Origin: Mobula hypostoma
Taxonomy: Eukaryota
Assembly: GCF_963921235.1 (NCBI RefSeq)
Contig: NC_086108.1
Location: 60,018,001 to 60,082,000 of the forward strand
Length of the DNA stretch: 64,000 bases
Reading direction: 5' to 3'
Below, piece by piece: positions 28,772-42,235 of this stretch (position 1 is its first letter; each line of letters begins with the position of its first letter). The position numbers and the translations under genes were made by a program. The notes beneath the pieces are model-generated. The model did not search any database and was not told the origin of the DNA. It worked only from the letters and a program-made list of their open reading frames with translations.

Positions 28772-28922
28772 TTTGACCAATCTATTGGAGTTTTTCGAGG
28801 AGGTTACCAGGAAAGTGGATGAAGGGAAGGCAGTGGATATTGTCTACATGGACTTCAGTAAGGCCTTTGACAAGGTCCCGCATGGGAGGTTAGTTAGGAA
28901 AATTCAGTCGCTAGGTATACAT
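28772..28922 (+). mobile_element. CR1 LINE 'B', 5' piece (inserted in A, interrupted by C)
   Basis: Reads LTNLLEFFEEVTRKVDEGKAVDIVYMDFSKAFDKVPHGRLVRKIQSLGIH and continues in frame at 31431. Confidence 0.9.
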
Positions 28923-31430
28923 AGAAACATAGAAAATAGGTGCAGGAGTAGGCCATTCGGCCCTTCGAGCCTGCACCGCCATTTATTATGATCATGGCTG
29001 ATCATCCAACTCAGAACCCCGCCCCAGCCTTCCCTCCATACCCCCTGACCCCCGTAGCCACAAGGGCCATATCTAACTCCCTCTTAAATATAACCAATGA
29101 ACTGGCCTCAACAGTTTCCTGTGGCAGAGAATTCCACAGATTCACCACTCTCTGTGTGAAGAAGTTTTTCCTAATCTCGGTCCTAAAAGGCTTCCCCTCT
29201 ATCCTCAAACTGTGACCCCTCATTCTGGACTTCCCCAACATCGAGAACAATCTTCCTGCATCTAGCCTGTCCAATCCCTTTAGGATCTTATACGTTTCAA
29301 TCAGATCCCCCCTCAATCTTCTAAATTCCAATGAGTACAAGCCCAATTCATCCAGTCTTTCTTCATATGAAAGTCCCGCCATCCCAGGAATCAATCTGGT
29401 GAACCTTCTTTGTACTCCTTCTATGGCAAAGATGTCTTTCCTCAGATTAGGGGACCAAAACTGCACACAATACTCCAGGTGTGGTCTCACCAAGGCCTTG
29501 TACAACTGCAGTAGTACGTCCCTGCTCCTGTACTCGAATCCTCTCGCTATAAATGCCAGCATACCATTCGCCTTTTTCACCGTCTGCTGTACCTGCATGC
29601 CCACTTTCAATGACTGGTGTATAATGACACCCAGGTCTCATTGCACCTCCCCTTTTCCTAATCGGCCACCATTCAGATAATAATCTGTTTTCCTATTTTT
29701 GCCACCAAAGTGGATAACTTCACATTTATCCACATTAAATTGCATCTGCCATGAATTTGCCCACTCACCCAACCTATCCAAGTCACCCTGCATCCTCTTA
29801 GCATCCTCCTCACTGCTAACACTGCCACCCAGCTTCGTGTCATCTGCAAACTTGGAGATGCTGCATTTAATTCCCTCATCCAAGTCATTAATATATATTG
29901 TAAACAACTGGGGTCCCAGCACTGAGCCTTGCGGTACCCCACTAGTCACCGCCTGCCACTCTGAAAAGGTCCCATTTATTTCCACTCTTTGCTTCCTGTC
30001 TGCTAACCAATTCTCCACCCACACCAATACCTTACCCCCAATACCGTGTGCTTTAAGTTTGCACACTAATCTCCTGTGTGGGACCTTGTCAAAAGCCTTT
30101 TGAAAATCCAAATATACCACATCCACTGGTTCTCCCCTATCCACTCTACTAGTCACATCCTCAAAAAATTCTATGAGATTCGTCAGACATGATTTTCCTT
30201 TCACAAATCCATGCTGACTTTGTCCGATCATTTCACCGCTTTCCAAATGTGCTGTTATCACATCCTTGATAACTGACTCCAGCAGTTTCCCCACCACCGA
30301 CGTTAGGCTAACCGGTCTATAATTCCCCGGTTTCTCTCTCCCTCCTTTTTTAAAAAGTGGGGTTACATTAGCCACCCTCCAATCCTCAGGAACTAGTCCA
30401 GAATCTAACGAGTTTTGAAAAATTATCACTAATGCATCCACTATTTCTTGTGCTACTTCTTTAAGCACTCTAGGATGCAGACCATCTGGCCCTGGGGATT
30501 TATCTGCCTTCAATCCCTTCAATTTACCTAACACCACTTCCCTACTAACATGTATTTCGCTCAGTTCCTCCATCCCACTGGACCCTCTGTCCCTTACTAT
30601 TTCTGGAAGATTATTTATGTCCTCCTTAGTGAAGACAGAACCAAAGTAATTATTCAATTGGTCTGCCATGTCCTTGCTCCCCATAATCAATTCACCTGTT
30701 TCTGTCTGCAGGGGACCTACATTTGTCTTTACCAGTCTTTTCCTTTTTACATATCTATAAAAGCTTTTACAGTCCGTTTTTATGTTCCCTGCCAGTTTTC
30801 TCTCATAATCTTTTTTCCCCTTCCTAATTAAGCCCTTTGTCCTCCTCTGCTGAACTCTGAATTTCTCCCAGTCCTCAGGTGAGCCACTTTCTCTGGCTAA
30901 TTTGTATGCTTCTTCTTTGGAATTGATACTATCCCTAATTTCTCTTGTCAGCCACGGGTGCACTACCTTCCTTGATTTATTCTTTTGCCAAACTGGGATG
31001 AACAATTGTTGTAGTTCATCCATGCAACCTTTAAATGCTTGCCATTGCATATCCACCGTCAATCCTTTAAGTGTCATTTGCCAGTCTATCTTAGCTAATT
31101 CACATCTCATACCTTCAAAGTTACCCCTCTTTAAGTTCAGAACCTTTGTTTCTGAATTAACTATGTCACTCTCCATCTTAATGAAGAATTCCACCATATT
31201 ATGGTCACTCTTACCCAAGGGGCCTCTCACGACAAGATCGCTAATTAACCCTTCCTCATTGCTCAAAACCCAGTCCAGAATAGTCTGCTCTCTAGTTGGT
31301 TCCTCGACATGTTGGTTCAAAAAACCATCCCGCATACATTCCAAGAAATCCTCTTCCTCAATACCTTTACCAATTTGGTTCACCCAGTCTACATGTAGAT
31401 TGAAGTCACCCATTATAACTGCTGTTCCTT
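28920..31430 (-). mobile_element. Young CR1 LINE 'C', 5'-truncated (end of endonuclease domain + RT + 3' UTR), one nonsense codon
   Basis: ORFs 29638..31470 and 29011..29610 share a frame and are separated by a single TGA. Motifs MGDFN, SDH, PGPDG, YRPVSLTS, FADD. Tail catagaaacatagaaa. Flanked by duplicated TACAT. Confidence 0.96.
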
Positions 31431-32542
31431 TACATGGAGAGGTGGTAAATTGGATTAGACATTGGCTCAATGGAAGAAGCCAAAGAGTGGTAGTAGAGAA
31501 TTACTTCTCCAAGTGGAGGCCTGTGACTAGTGGTGTGCCACAGGGATCAGTGCTGGGTCCATTGTTATTTGTCATCTGTATCAATGATCTGGATGATAAT
31601 GTGGTAAATTGGATCAGCAAATTTGCTGATGATACAAAGATTGGAGGTGTAGTAGACAGTGAGGAAGGTTTTCAGAGCCTGCAAAGGGACTTGGACCAGC
31701 TGGAAAAATGGGCTGAAAAATGGCAGATGGAGTTTAATGCAGACAAGTGTGAGGTATTGCATGTTGGAAGGACAAACCAAGGTAGAACATACAGGGTTAA
31801 TGGTAAGGCACTGAGGAGTGCAGTGGAACAGAGGGATCTGGGAATACAGATACAAAATTCCCTAAAAGTGGCGTCACAGGTAGATAGGGTCGTAAACAGA
31901 GCTTTTGGTACATTGGCCTTTATTAATCAAAGTATTGAGTATAAGAGCCGGAATGTTATGATGAGGTTGTATAAGGCATTAGTGAGGCCGAATCTGGAGT
32001 ATTGTGTTCAGTTTTGGTCACCAAATTACAGGAAGGATATAAATAAGGTTGAAAGAGTGCAGAGAAGGTTTACAAGGATGTTGCCGGGACTTGAGAAACT
32101 CAGTTACAGAGAAAGGTTGAATAGGTTAGGACTTTATTCCCTGGAGCGGAGAAGAATGAGGGGAGATTTGATAGAGGTATATAAAATTATGATGAGTATA
32201 GATAGAGTGAATGCAAGCAGGCTTTTTCCACTGAGGCAAGGGGAGAAAAAAACCAGATGACATGGGTTAAGGGTGAGTGGGGGGGGAAGTTTAAAGGGAA
32301 CATTAGCGGGGGGGCTTCCTCACACAGAGAGTGGTGGAAGTATGGAATGAGCTGCCAGACGAGGTGGTAAATGCGGGTTCCTTTTTAACATTTAAGAATA
32401 AATCGGACAGATACATGGATGGGCGGTGTATGGAGGGATATGGTCCGTGTGCAGGTCAGTGGGACTAGGCAGAAAATGGTTCGGCACAGCCAAAAGGGGC
32501 CAAAAGGCCTGTTTCTGTGCTGTAGTTTCTATGGTTTCTATG
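31431..32542 (+). mobile_element. CR1 LINE 'B', 3' piece (RT + 3' UTR)
   Basis: Reads HGEVVNWIRHWLNGRSQRVVV...SGVPQGSVLGP...KFADDTK...VRPNLEYCVQFWSP and ends in the tttctatggtttctatg tail. Confidence 0.95.
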
Positions 32543-34760
32543 TTAGACATGTCCTCCATCATGAAGATCGACACAAAATAGTTATTCAAAGCCTCTGCCA
32601 TTTCCTCATTACTCAATATCAATTCCCCCTTCTCGTCCTCCAAGGGACCTATGTTTACTTTAGCCACCCTTTTCTGCTTTATATAATTACAAAAAACTTT
32701 TACTATCTGTTTTTATATTTTGTGCTAGTTTATCTTCATAATCTAGCTTCCCTTTCTTTATTGCTCACTTTGTGGCTCTTTGTTGCTTTTTAAGTTGTTT
32801 CTTTTAAAGTTTTCCCTATCTTTCAGTATTCTACTGCTCTTGGCGACTTTGTATGCATGAGTTTTTAGTTTGATGCTTTCTTTTATTTCCTTAATTATCC
32901 AAGTCTGGATCTTCCCCATCCTGACTGCCCTTGCTGGAATATACTTTTGTTGAGCACTGTGAAAAACCTCTTTGAAAGTCTTCCATTGTTCCTCAACCAT
33001 CTCACCATATAGCATGTGTTCCCAGTCTATACTAGCCAAATCCTCCCTCATCACATTGTAGTCTCCATTGTTTAGGCATAATGCACTGGTTTTAGATCGA
33101 ACTATTGCACCCTCCATTTGTATGAGAAACTCAGTCATACTGTGACCCCTCTTTCCAATAGATCCCTAACTACAAGATCACTAATTTTACCTGTGTCATT
33201 GTACAGGACCAGATCTAAGATAACACGTTCCCTTGTAGGTTCAGTAACATGCTGTCCAAGAAAGCCATCACGATACATTCCATGAAGTCCCCCTCAAGAC
33301 AGACTCAACCAACTTGAATCACCCAATCAATGTGCAAGTTAAAGTCCCCCATGATAACTGCTGTTCCATTCTTACATGCCTCAGATATTTCTCTGTTTAT
33401 TGCAGGGCTACTGTAACGTTATTTTTCAGTTGTCGATAGACAACTACCACCAGTGATTTTTTTCCCCTTTACTGTTCCTAATCTCTACCCAGATGGATTC
33501 ATCATTCTACTCCTTAGATCTTATGTCATCTCTTACTATTGCCCTGCTCTCATCTCTAATTAAGAGCACCTCCCTTACATTCCTGCCTATCCTTCCGTAT
33601 TACCTGATATCCTTGGATATTTAATTCCCAATCCTCTCCACCTTGTAACTATGTCTCTGTAATGGCCACTAAATGGTACTGATTTGTGCCACAAGTTCAC
33701 TGACCTTTTTTCGAATACTACGGGCATTCAGATAAAGTGCCCTTACACTCATTTTGCTTTTAAAATTACATTATCTTTTACCCTTTTGCACTTGATTTGT
33801 CTTCACTCCACTCTTACTTTCCTCTTGGTTATTCTTTGCTTTTACTTTATCTTTATCCACACTTTTCTTTTTTATTTTATCCCTACTTCTCCAATCTGTT
33901 GAACCCACCCGCTACTATTTGGTTTAAAGCCCAATCCACAGCCTGAGTTATGCAATTCACTAGGATCCAGGTCCCATCGCAGTTCAGGTGGAGTCTGTCC
34001 CATTGGTACAGTTCCCTCCTTCCCCAATATTGGTGTCAATTTCCCATGAATTCAAACCCACTTCTCCCACACCAACCCTTGAACCACACATTTAACTCTC
34101 TAATCTTCTTGACCCGATGCCAATTTGCATGTGGCTCAGGTAGTAATCCAGAGATCACCACCTTTTTGGTTCTGCTTTTTAATTTAGTCCCTAGCTGCTC
34201 AAATTCCCTCAGCAGAACTTCTTTCTTCATTCTACCTATGTCGTTGGTCCCCACATGGACCACGACAACTGGATCTTTCTCTTCCTGCTACAAATTCTTC
34301 TGCAGGTCAGGTAAGATGTTCCGAACCCGGGCACCCAGCAGGCAACACGGCCTTCGGGACTCTCTATCTTCATGACAGAGAACTGTGTCTATCCCTCCGA
34401 CTGTACTATCCCCAATTATCACAACATTTCTCTTCTCTCCCCCCTCTTGAATGTCTTCCTGAACTACAGAGCCACAGTTAGGTTGATCATCCTTCCTACA
34501 GCCCTCACTCTCGTCCACAAAGGGAGCAAGAATCTCAGACCTGTTGGACAAGCTCAAGGGCTGAGGCTCCTCCAGCACTGTCTCTTAGATCCCACTACCC
34601 ACCTTGCTCACAGTTACACCCTCTTGTCCCTGACCACAGACCAAATTTGAGGCAGCTGATCTAATGGGTGTGACTACCTCCTGAAACAGAGAATCCAGGT
34701 AACCCTCCCCCTCCCTGATGTGCCACAGTGTTTGAAGCTCAGATTCCAGGTCAACTTTGA
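32543..34760 (-). mobile_element. CR1 LINE 'A', 5' part (endonuclease/linker and ORF1 SGNH-esterase-like domain), degenerate
   Basis: NIGPLEDEKGELI...LNNYFVSIF. ORF1 motifs VVIIGDS, VHVGTNDIG and VVISGLLP are typical of CR1 ORF1 esterase. Confidence 0.88.
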
Positions 34761-35699
34761 TGCCAACCAATGGGAAAGAGCAGCTGCATCCTTCAAACAA
34801 GACAATTAATAACCGGCATGGCAGAAACAGATTTCGACCAACGAGTAAGCTAACCATAAACATTACAGGAGGTTACATGATGAAAGAAACTGTAAAATGC
34901 GATGCACAGAACTGCACCTTATTGTCATCAGGAAAGGAGATGACTGATTTGGAAAGGAATTAAATATATATTAAGGACAAAATAAGATCTTATTTACAGC
35001 ATAATATGCTCACTTGGTGCTTTTAGTCTCAGGTTCTGGTCAATATGGTTGAAAGGGCAATCAAGTAATTAGTTAATCATTTATATTTGCGAAATCAATT
35101 CCAACAGAAAGCTAATAATTAGAGCATCTTCACTCGAGTGCAAACAAAAGAGTATCTCCCTTGAGGGACTATGAAACCTTTAGTGAAAATTACATTTTCA
35201 TCACTGTTCTTGAAAGACCCAATTTTCAGTGCAGCTTTGATAAACACTTAAAGTGCAGCCTCCACACACAGTAGTGGTAAGTTAATTTAGTGTAATGTAT
35301 TGTTTCACTAAACGCCAGATATAAATATATGGGACAAATAATCTTTTATATGTGCTTCAGTTTAAGATTAAATAGTGTGTGAACTATTTAAACATTAAAC
35401 TGAAACACATATGAACAATGGGCCTCTGAATCACACAACTCTCAGATTAACGGACTGAAACACTACACCTTCGAAGAAATGGCCATTAGTTTGTATTCTG
35501 CCAACTCAATGACAAACCAATAAAATAAATTACTGTTGGACGAGATAGGTTTAACATAGCTAAAAATAATGACCTCAGTGATAATATTCGGAGGAAAGGC
35601 CATGAAATCCTTTCTTGCTGCTCCCCCTCTGTGATCCCTGCTGCCCTCTGACTCTTTGACCATGTGCTCAATCAGACCCACTACCACAGCCACGTATCC

Positions 35700-35850
35700 T
35701 TCTACCTCCCCTCCCCCACCTTCTCACTCTGACCTCTCATCCCTTTGTCCCAGTCCCAATGAAGGGTCTCGGCCCAAAACATCAACTGTTTACTCTTTCC
35801 CATAGATGCTGCCTGGCCTGGTGAATTCCTGCAACATTTTGTGTGTGATA
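35700..35850 (+). mobile_element. Old degenerate Penelope pLTR fragment
   Basis: gaagggtctcggcccaaaacatcaactg...catagatgctgcctggcctg, homologous to 26981-27070. The hammerhead core has decayed. Confidence 0.75.
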
Positions 35851-36670
35851 CCTCAGGTTTTAGTATAACTTCACTTTGACTTTGTAAAAATATCATAGTC
35901 ATGTTGCTGGTTCACAGCTGCCAATTTACACAATCATATTGAATCTTCAATTCCACAGAGGGTTTTTGCTAATGTTTTTAGTTTATTTGGTCTCTAAATT
36001 GTTCTTGCTGTCTGAATCCACAGACTGTTGTACAGCTTGGAATCAATTTTTTCTCTAACAAATCAGTTACCAGAACAAATCCACAACTCCTCTACAGTCC
36101 CAGCATGGACTTCTGTCCATTGAACTTTAAACTTTTCATTGCAGCATTGAATTAGTAACATAGACTCTATCTGCCTCATAAGTATTCATTACAGTCGTTA
36201 TAATTTGTATGACCTTGCCGTGTCTTAATTAACTCTTGAAAATGCTTCCAATAGTTGATTGTGAAGATCTTTGGATAATCTGAGGATGCTAAAATCACTA
36301 CATAATTGCAATTTATTTGCCCTTTTTCACAGAACTTCATTTTGATTGCTGCAAAATCATTTTTCTTATAAATCGAAGTCCAACATACCTAATTTTTTAC
36401 AACTTGGTTAGGATACAGTTTTTGTTTATCAGAGTGCTATTCCTGAAACTAAAAATAGTGTTCATGTGTGCACACTCATGGTACGCATATTGGTGAGAAC
36501 AATTAGTGGGTGTATATATTAACACACATCAGAGATATCCAGTTTGTGTTGTCAATCATCAAGTAACACAAGGTTGGTGTCAGTGTTACAGTCCTGGAGC
36601 TCAGCTCTCCAGCTGCCCTACTCTGGTGTATGACCCGAGGCAGCAGATCATGAAAATCAGTTTCCACCAT

Positions 36671-37080
36671 TCTAAGGGAGCTAGGGCTTTACTCTTTGGA
36701 GAGAAGGAGGATGAGAGGAGACATGATAGAGGATACAAGATATTAAGAGGAATAGATAGAGTGGATAGCCAGCGCCTCTTCCCCAGGGCACCACTGCTCA
36801 ATACAAGAGGACATGGCTTTAAGGTAAGGGGTGGGAAGTTCAAGGGGGATATTAGAGGAAGGGTTTTTACTCAGAGAGTGGCTGGTGTGTGGAATGCACT
36901 GCCTGATTCAGTGGTGAAGGCAGATACACTAGTGAAGTTTAAGAGACTACTAGACAGGTATATGGAGGAATTTAAGGTGGGGGGTTATAAGGGAGGCAGG
37001 GTTTGAGGGTCGGCATAACATTGTGGGCCGAAGGGCCTGTACTGCGCTGTACTATTCTATGTTCTATGTTCTATGTTCTA
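36671..37080 (+). mobile_element. CR1 3' fragment
   Basis: YKILRGIDRVDSQRLFP...TRGHGFKVRGGKF...FTQRV..VWNALP, followed by a (ttctatg)n tail ending at 37080. Confidence 0.92.
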
Positions 37081-37310
37081 ACAGTGATACTTCTGATAAT
37101 AAGTTAAAATAACTAAAAGAAGAGTATCCTGCACCCTCTTCTGTGAAAAGGAAAACTATAGTATGTTCTTCTAGTTTGTTTACACACTGCCACAGTCATT
37201 CTCGCCTATCTGTCTGCAAATGACAAGATTGGCTCTAGTGGCCTCACTTTAAATGTCTCCCTTGTCTGGGTTTAACTATGCACTGCCACAGTCATTCTTG
37301 TCTGAATATT

Positions 37311-37500
37311 AAACACAAAATAATCTGCAGATGCTGAGGTCAAAGCAACACTCACAACACGCTGGAGGAACTCAGCAGGTCCGGCAGCATCCATGGAAAA
37401 GATCAATCGACGTTGGGTTCTGGCCCGAAACGTCAACTGATCTTTTCCACGGATGCTGCCCAACCTTCTGAGTTCCTCCAGCGTGTTGTGAGTGTTGCTC
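37311..37500. mobile_element. 190-bp palindromic insertion made of two inverted Penelope pLTR ends, 11-bp TSD
   Basis: Arms 37344-37414 and 37429-37499 are inverted repeats. GTCTGAATATT is duplicated at 37300-37310 and 37501-37511. Confidence 0.88.
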
Positions 37501-37629
37501 GTCTGAATATTGTCTTTTACTCTTGCCCTACGGTAGCTTCCACAGCAGCAGTAATGATGTTTTCATTGTGTGGTGACCTACTCCAATGTCTACATTAGGT
37601 ATGCTTTGAAAAGGAGAGCGACAGACCAA

Positions 37630-37842
37630 TGTGAGCCACGCAGCTCTTAACAATCCTGTGATCTCGGTCTCTGACAATATCAGAGCTTACTTCAGAAGCA
37701 GGAATGCACACAATGCAACCAGCTCAGAGGGCATACTTGGCCAAGTGTTGAGGATTTGTTCAGACACCTGGCCAGAGCACTTAACGAGATCTTCAACTCC
37801 TAGTTTCAAAAGGACATCGATAATATCAGTGCCCACAAAGTG
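37630..37842 (+). mobile_element. Old Rex1/Babar-type LINE fragment (RT N-terminal region)
   Basis: VISVSDNIRAYFRSRNAHNATSSEGILGQVLRICSD...FKRTSIISVP resembles the degenerate KA.GPDG.PG.VL..C...FK...I.PVP segment. Confidence 0.6.
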
Positions 37843-38240
37843 ACTGGAGATGCCTCTTGACACATTTTTAATGCACAACACAGTCACATGAAGGTATCAT
37901 GAATAGAACAAAATCAATGGTACCAAGTTAAGTACAACAAAGTAAACCAATGGCATGTAGAAACACCACTTACACTGGTTGGACCACACTGGAGAAGCCA
38001 GCAGAGTATATTTCAGTCCTTGTAGTGCACAAACTCACATCCTTAAGTCATGATAATTGACACCAATTACACAGTAAGCAACTGAGTGTGATGATAGAAA
38101 AGGGAAAAAGTAATCTAGATAGCTTTTTTCTAGTGAGACTCTGATGACACAACAGGGCCCTCAAAGTGCTAGTGGAGTTGTTCTCCACTTCTACATTGGC
38201 ACCTTCCACTCTTGGCATTAATTGCCATTACTCTCTCAGT

Positions 38241-41200
38241 AGACCATGAGACATAGGAGCAGAATTAGGCCATTTGGCCCATCGAGTCTGCTCTGCCATT
38301 CAATCATTTCTGATCCATTTTTCCTCTCCTCAGCCCCCACTCCCCAGCCTTCTCCCCATAATCCTTGAAGCCACGTCCAATCAAGAACCTATCAACCTCT
38401 GCCTTATATACCCCCAACTACCTGGTTTCCACAGCTACCTGTGGTAATAAATTCCACAAATTCACCACCCTCTGGCTAAAGAAATTTCTCCGCCTCTCTG
38501 TTTTAATGGACGCCCCTGTATCCCGAGGCAGTACCCTCTTGTCATAGACTCCCCCACCATGGGAAACAACCTTTGCACATCTACTCTGTCTAGGCCTTTC
38601 AACATTTGAAAAGTCTTAATGAGATGCCCCCTCATCCTACTAAATTCCAGTGATTACGGACCCAGAGTTATCAAATGTTCCTCATGTGATAACCCCTTCA
38701 TTCCCGGAATCATCCTTGTGAACCTCCTCTGAACCTTCTCCAATGCTAGCACATCTTTTCTGAAATGAGGAGACCAAAACTGTTCACAGTCCTCAAGGTG
38801 AGGGCTCACCAGTGCCTTATAAAGGCATCACATTCCTGCTCATATATTCTAGATCTCAAGAAATGAATGCTAACATTGCAGTTGCCTTCCTCACCAGTGA
38901 CTCTACCTGCAAGTTAACCTTTAGGTTGTTCTGCACAAGGATTCACAAGTCCCCTTTGCATGTCAGATTTTTGGATTTTCTCCCCATTTAGAAAATAGTC
39001 TGCAGATTTATTTCTACTACCAAAGAGCATGACCATGCATTTTCCAACATTGTATTTCATTTTCCACTCTCTTGCCCATTTTCCTAATCTGTCTAGGTCT
39101 TTCTTCAGCCCACCTGTTTCCTCAACACTACCTTCCCCTCCACCAATCTTTGTATCATCTGCAAACTTGGCAACAAAGCCATCGATTCCATCATCTATAT
39201 CACTGATATACAGCATAAAAGGTAGTGTTCCCAACACCAACCCCTGTGGAACACCACAGGTCACCGGCAGCCAACCAGAAAAGGATTCTTCTGTTCCCAC
39301 TCACTGCCTCCTACCAATCAGCCAATGCTCTAACCAAACCAGTAACTTTCCTCTAATACCATGGTCTCCTAACTTGGTAAGCAGCCTCGTGTGTAACACC
39401 TTGTCAAAGGCTTTCTGAAAGTACAAATATACAACATCCACTGCATCCCTTCATCTATCCTACTTGTAATCTCCTGACAGAATTTTAACAGGTTTGCCGG
39501 GCAAAATTTTCCCTGAAAGAAACTATGCTCACTTTGTCCTATCTTGTCCTGTGTCACCAAGTACTCCATAACCTCATGCTAACAATTGATTCCAACATCT
39601 TCCCAACCACTGAGGACAGGCTAACTGGTCTATAATTTCCTTTCTGCTGCCTTACTGCTTTCTTAAAGAATGGAGTAACATTTGCATTTTCCAGTCCTCT
39701 GGCACCATGTCAGAGTCCAATGACTTTTGAAAGATAATTACTAATACCTCCAGAATCTCCTCTGCTACCTCTTTCAGAACCCTAGGGTGCAGTTCATCTA
39801 GTCCGGGTGACTTATGTATCCTTCGGTCTTTCAGCTTTTTGAGCACCTTCTCCCTTGTAATAGTAACTGCACTGACTTCTCTTCCCTCGCACCCTTCAAC
39901 ATCTAGCACACTGCTAGTGTCCTCCACAGTGAAGACTGATGCAAAATACTCATTTAGTTCATCTGCCACCTCCTTGTCCCCGTTATTATTTCTCCTGCCT
40001 CATTTTCTAATGATTCTATATCTTTCTCACCTCTCTTTTTTTTACATATTTGAAAAAGCTTTTGCTATCCATTTTGATATTGTTTTCTAGTTTGCTTTCA
40101 TATTTTTCATCTTTTCCCTCCTAATGATTCTTTTAGTTGTTCTCAGTAGGTTTTTAGAAGCTTCCCAATCCTCTATCTTTCCATTATTTTTTGCTTTGTG
40201 TATGCCCTCTCTTTGGTTTTACATTGGCTTTGACTTCCCTTGTCAGCCGCGGTTGTACTATTTTACTATTTGAGTATTTCTTTGTTTTTGGAATACACCT
40301 ATTCTGCACCTTCCTCATTTTTCCTGGAAACTCACACCATTGCTTCTCTGATGTTATTCCTGTCAGTATCTCCTTTCAACTTACTTTGGCCAACTTCTCT
40401 CTCAAACCACTGTAATTTCATTTACTCTACTGAAGTACTGCTACATCAGACTTTTCTTTCTCCCTACCAAATTTCAAGTTGAACTCAATCATGTTGTAAT
40501 CACTGCCTCCTGAGGGTTATTTCAGCTTAAGCTCCCTAATCGCCTCTGGTTCATTACATAACACCCAATCTAGTTAAGCTGATCCCCTCGTAGGCTCAAC
40601 GACAAACTGCTTTAAAAAGCCACCTCATAGGCATTCAACAAACTCACTCTCAACTTTGCCCTTTTGACATGCTTTTCTATTTCCTATTGCAATACGTGGT
40701 CCACATCCCAGCTACTGTTGGGAGGCCTGTATATAATTGCCATCAGGGTCCTTTTACCTTAAAGTTTCTTAACTCAACCCACAAGGATTCAACATCTTCC
40801 GATCCTATGTCACACCTTTCTACTGATTTCATGCCATTCTTTACCAGCAGAGCCACACCAACCTTTCTATCCCTCCGATACAATGTCTGGCCTTGGACTC
40901 CCAACTACAACCATCTTTCAGTCACAATTCAGTGATGGTCACAACATCATTACCGACAATCTGTAAATATGCAACATGATCATTCACCTTGCCTTGAGAT
41001 ATAACACTTTGAGTACTGCATTGCTACCCTTTCTGATTCTGCATCCCTAATGCACTGACACTCACCATGCTGGATGCAATTATGTCCTGTCATTTGCTTG
41101 CCCTCCCTGACAGACTGACTGCACACTATCTTTGCTTTTTTATCATCCATGATCCATGAACCTGAAGCCCTGCCCCCTACACCAACTTCTCAACCATGCA

Positions 41201-42235
41201 TTAATTTGCCAAATCATCCTGTTTCTATCCTCACTGGTGCGTGACCCAGGCAGCAAGCCAGAAATAACTACCTTTCTATCTAGCTCTCTAAATTCTCTCT
41301 TCAGGATCTCTGTTTTTCCTTCTTATGTCATTGGTTCCAATATGTACCAAGACATGAGGCTGCTCTCCTTCCCTCTCGAAAATGTTGTGGACACAATCCA
41401 AGATGTCCCTGACCCTGACACCTGGGAGGCAACATACCATTCAGGTGTCCCGTTCACATCCACAGAACCGCCTGTTTGTTCCCCTGTCACTACCCCCTCC
41501 TTCTCTTCTGCACCACGGACCTATGCTCAGTGCCAGTAACCTGGTCTCCGTGGCATTCCCCCGGAAGGTCATCCCCCACAACAGTATCCAAAGCGGCATA
41601 CTTAATTTTGAGGGGAATGGCCAAAGGGATGCTTTGTGTTGACTGCCTATTCTCATTTCCTTTTCTCCTGATAGTCACCAAGCTACTTTCCTCCTACAGC
41701 TTCAGGGTGACTACTTACTTTCCTGTTACTCTGATTGATCATCTCCTCACTCTCCCGTACAAGCCAAAGGTCATCCAGCTACTGCTCCAGATCCCTAACA
41801 TGGTCTTCAAGGAGCTGAAGCCGGATGCACAGCACACAGATGTAGTTCCCTGGGAGACTCTGGGTCTCCCAGGACTCCAACAGCCAGCATGAAGAACACA
41901 CAAGGGCAAAAGTGAGAGAAAGAAAAGAATCTTAACAGAAGCTTACACAGAGCCAATGCCTCTTACAAGCCGAAGCCTCCTTTGAGCCATAGCCTGACAC
42001 TCCTACTCTCACCACTGGCCTACTTCCACAATGTCTGCCCGCTTGTCCCTTCCGTACTTTTAAACAAGCATCGCCGAGCTGTGAGAAACCTCGTTGCTGT
42101 GGCCTGCTCCTGCTACTGATTGAACTGTTGGAATAAGCCTGAACGTCAGCAAAGCTCTCCTTTTGAACAAGCGTCACTGGCCTGCAAGAAACCTCATCAC
42201 TGTGGCCTGCTCCTGCCTCTAGTTGGACCATCGGA
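38241..42235 (-). mobile_element. Near full-length degenerate CR1 LINE (3' tail, RT, endonuclease, ORF1, probable 5' UTR)
   Basis: Tail agaccatgagacatagg. Motifs GVPQG, KFADDTK, LNEYFASVFTVED, KSPGLDELHPRVLKE. ORF1-like VTIRRKG..RQSTQSIPLAIPL..KYAALDTV. The 5' boundary is approximate. Confidence 0.85.

Noticed and set aside
30902..32260. 452-aa ORF with an unusual N-terminus fused to RT
   Set aside because: It is a chance fusion of the antisense frame of CR1 C with the sense RT of CR1 B across the insertion junction. ORFs 28695..28991 and 32392..32667 are similar junction artefacts.
35033..35277. Possible further exon (ctcag| ... g|gtaagt)
   Set aside because: The best frame has four stops in about 81 codons, no better than random, and its start phase does not follow exon A.
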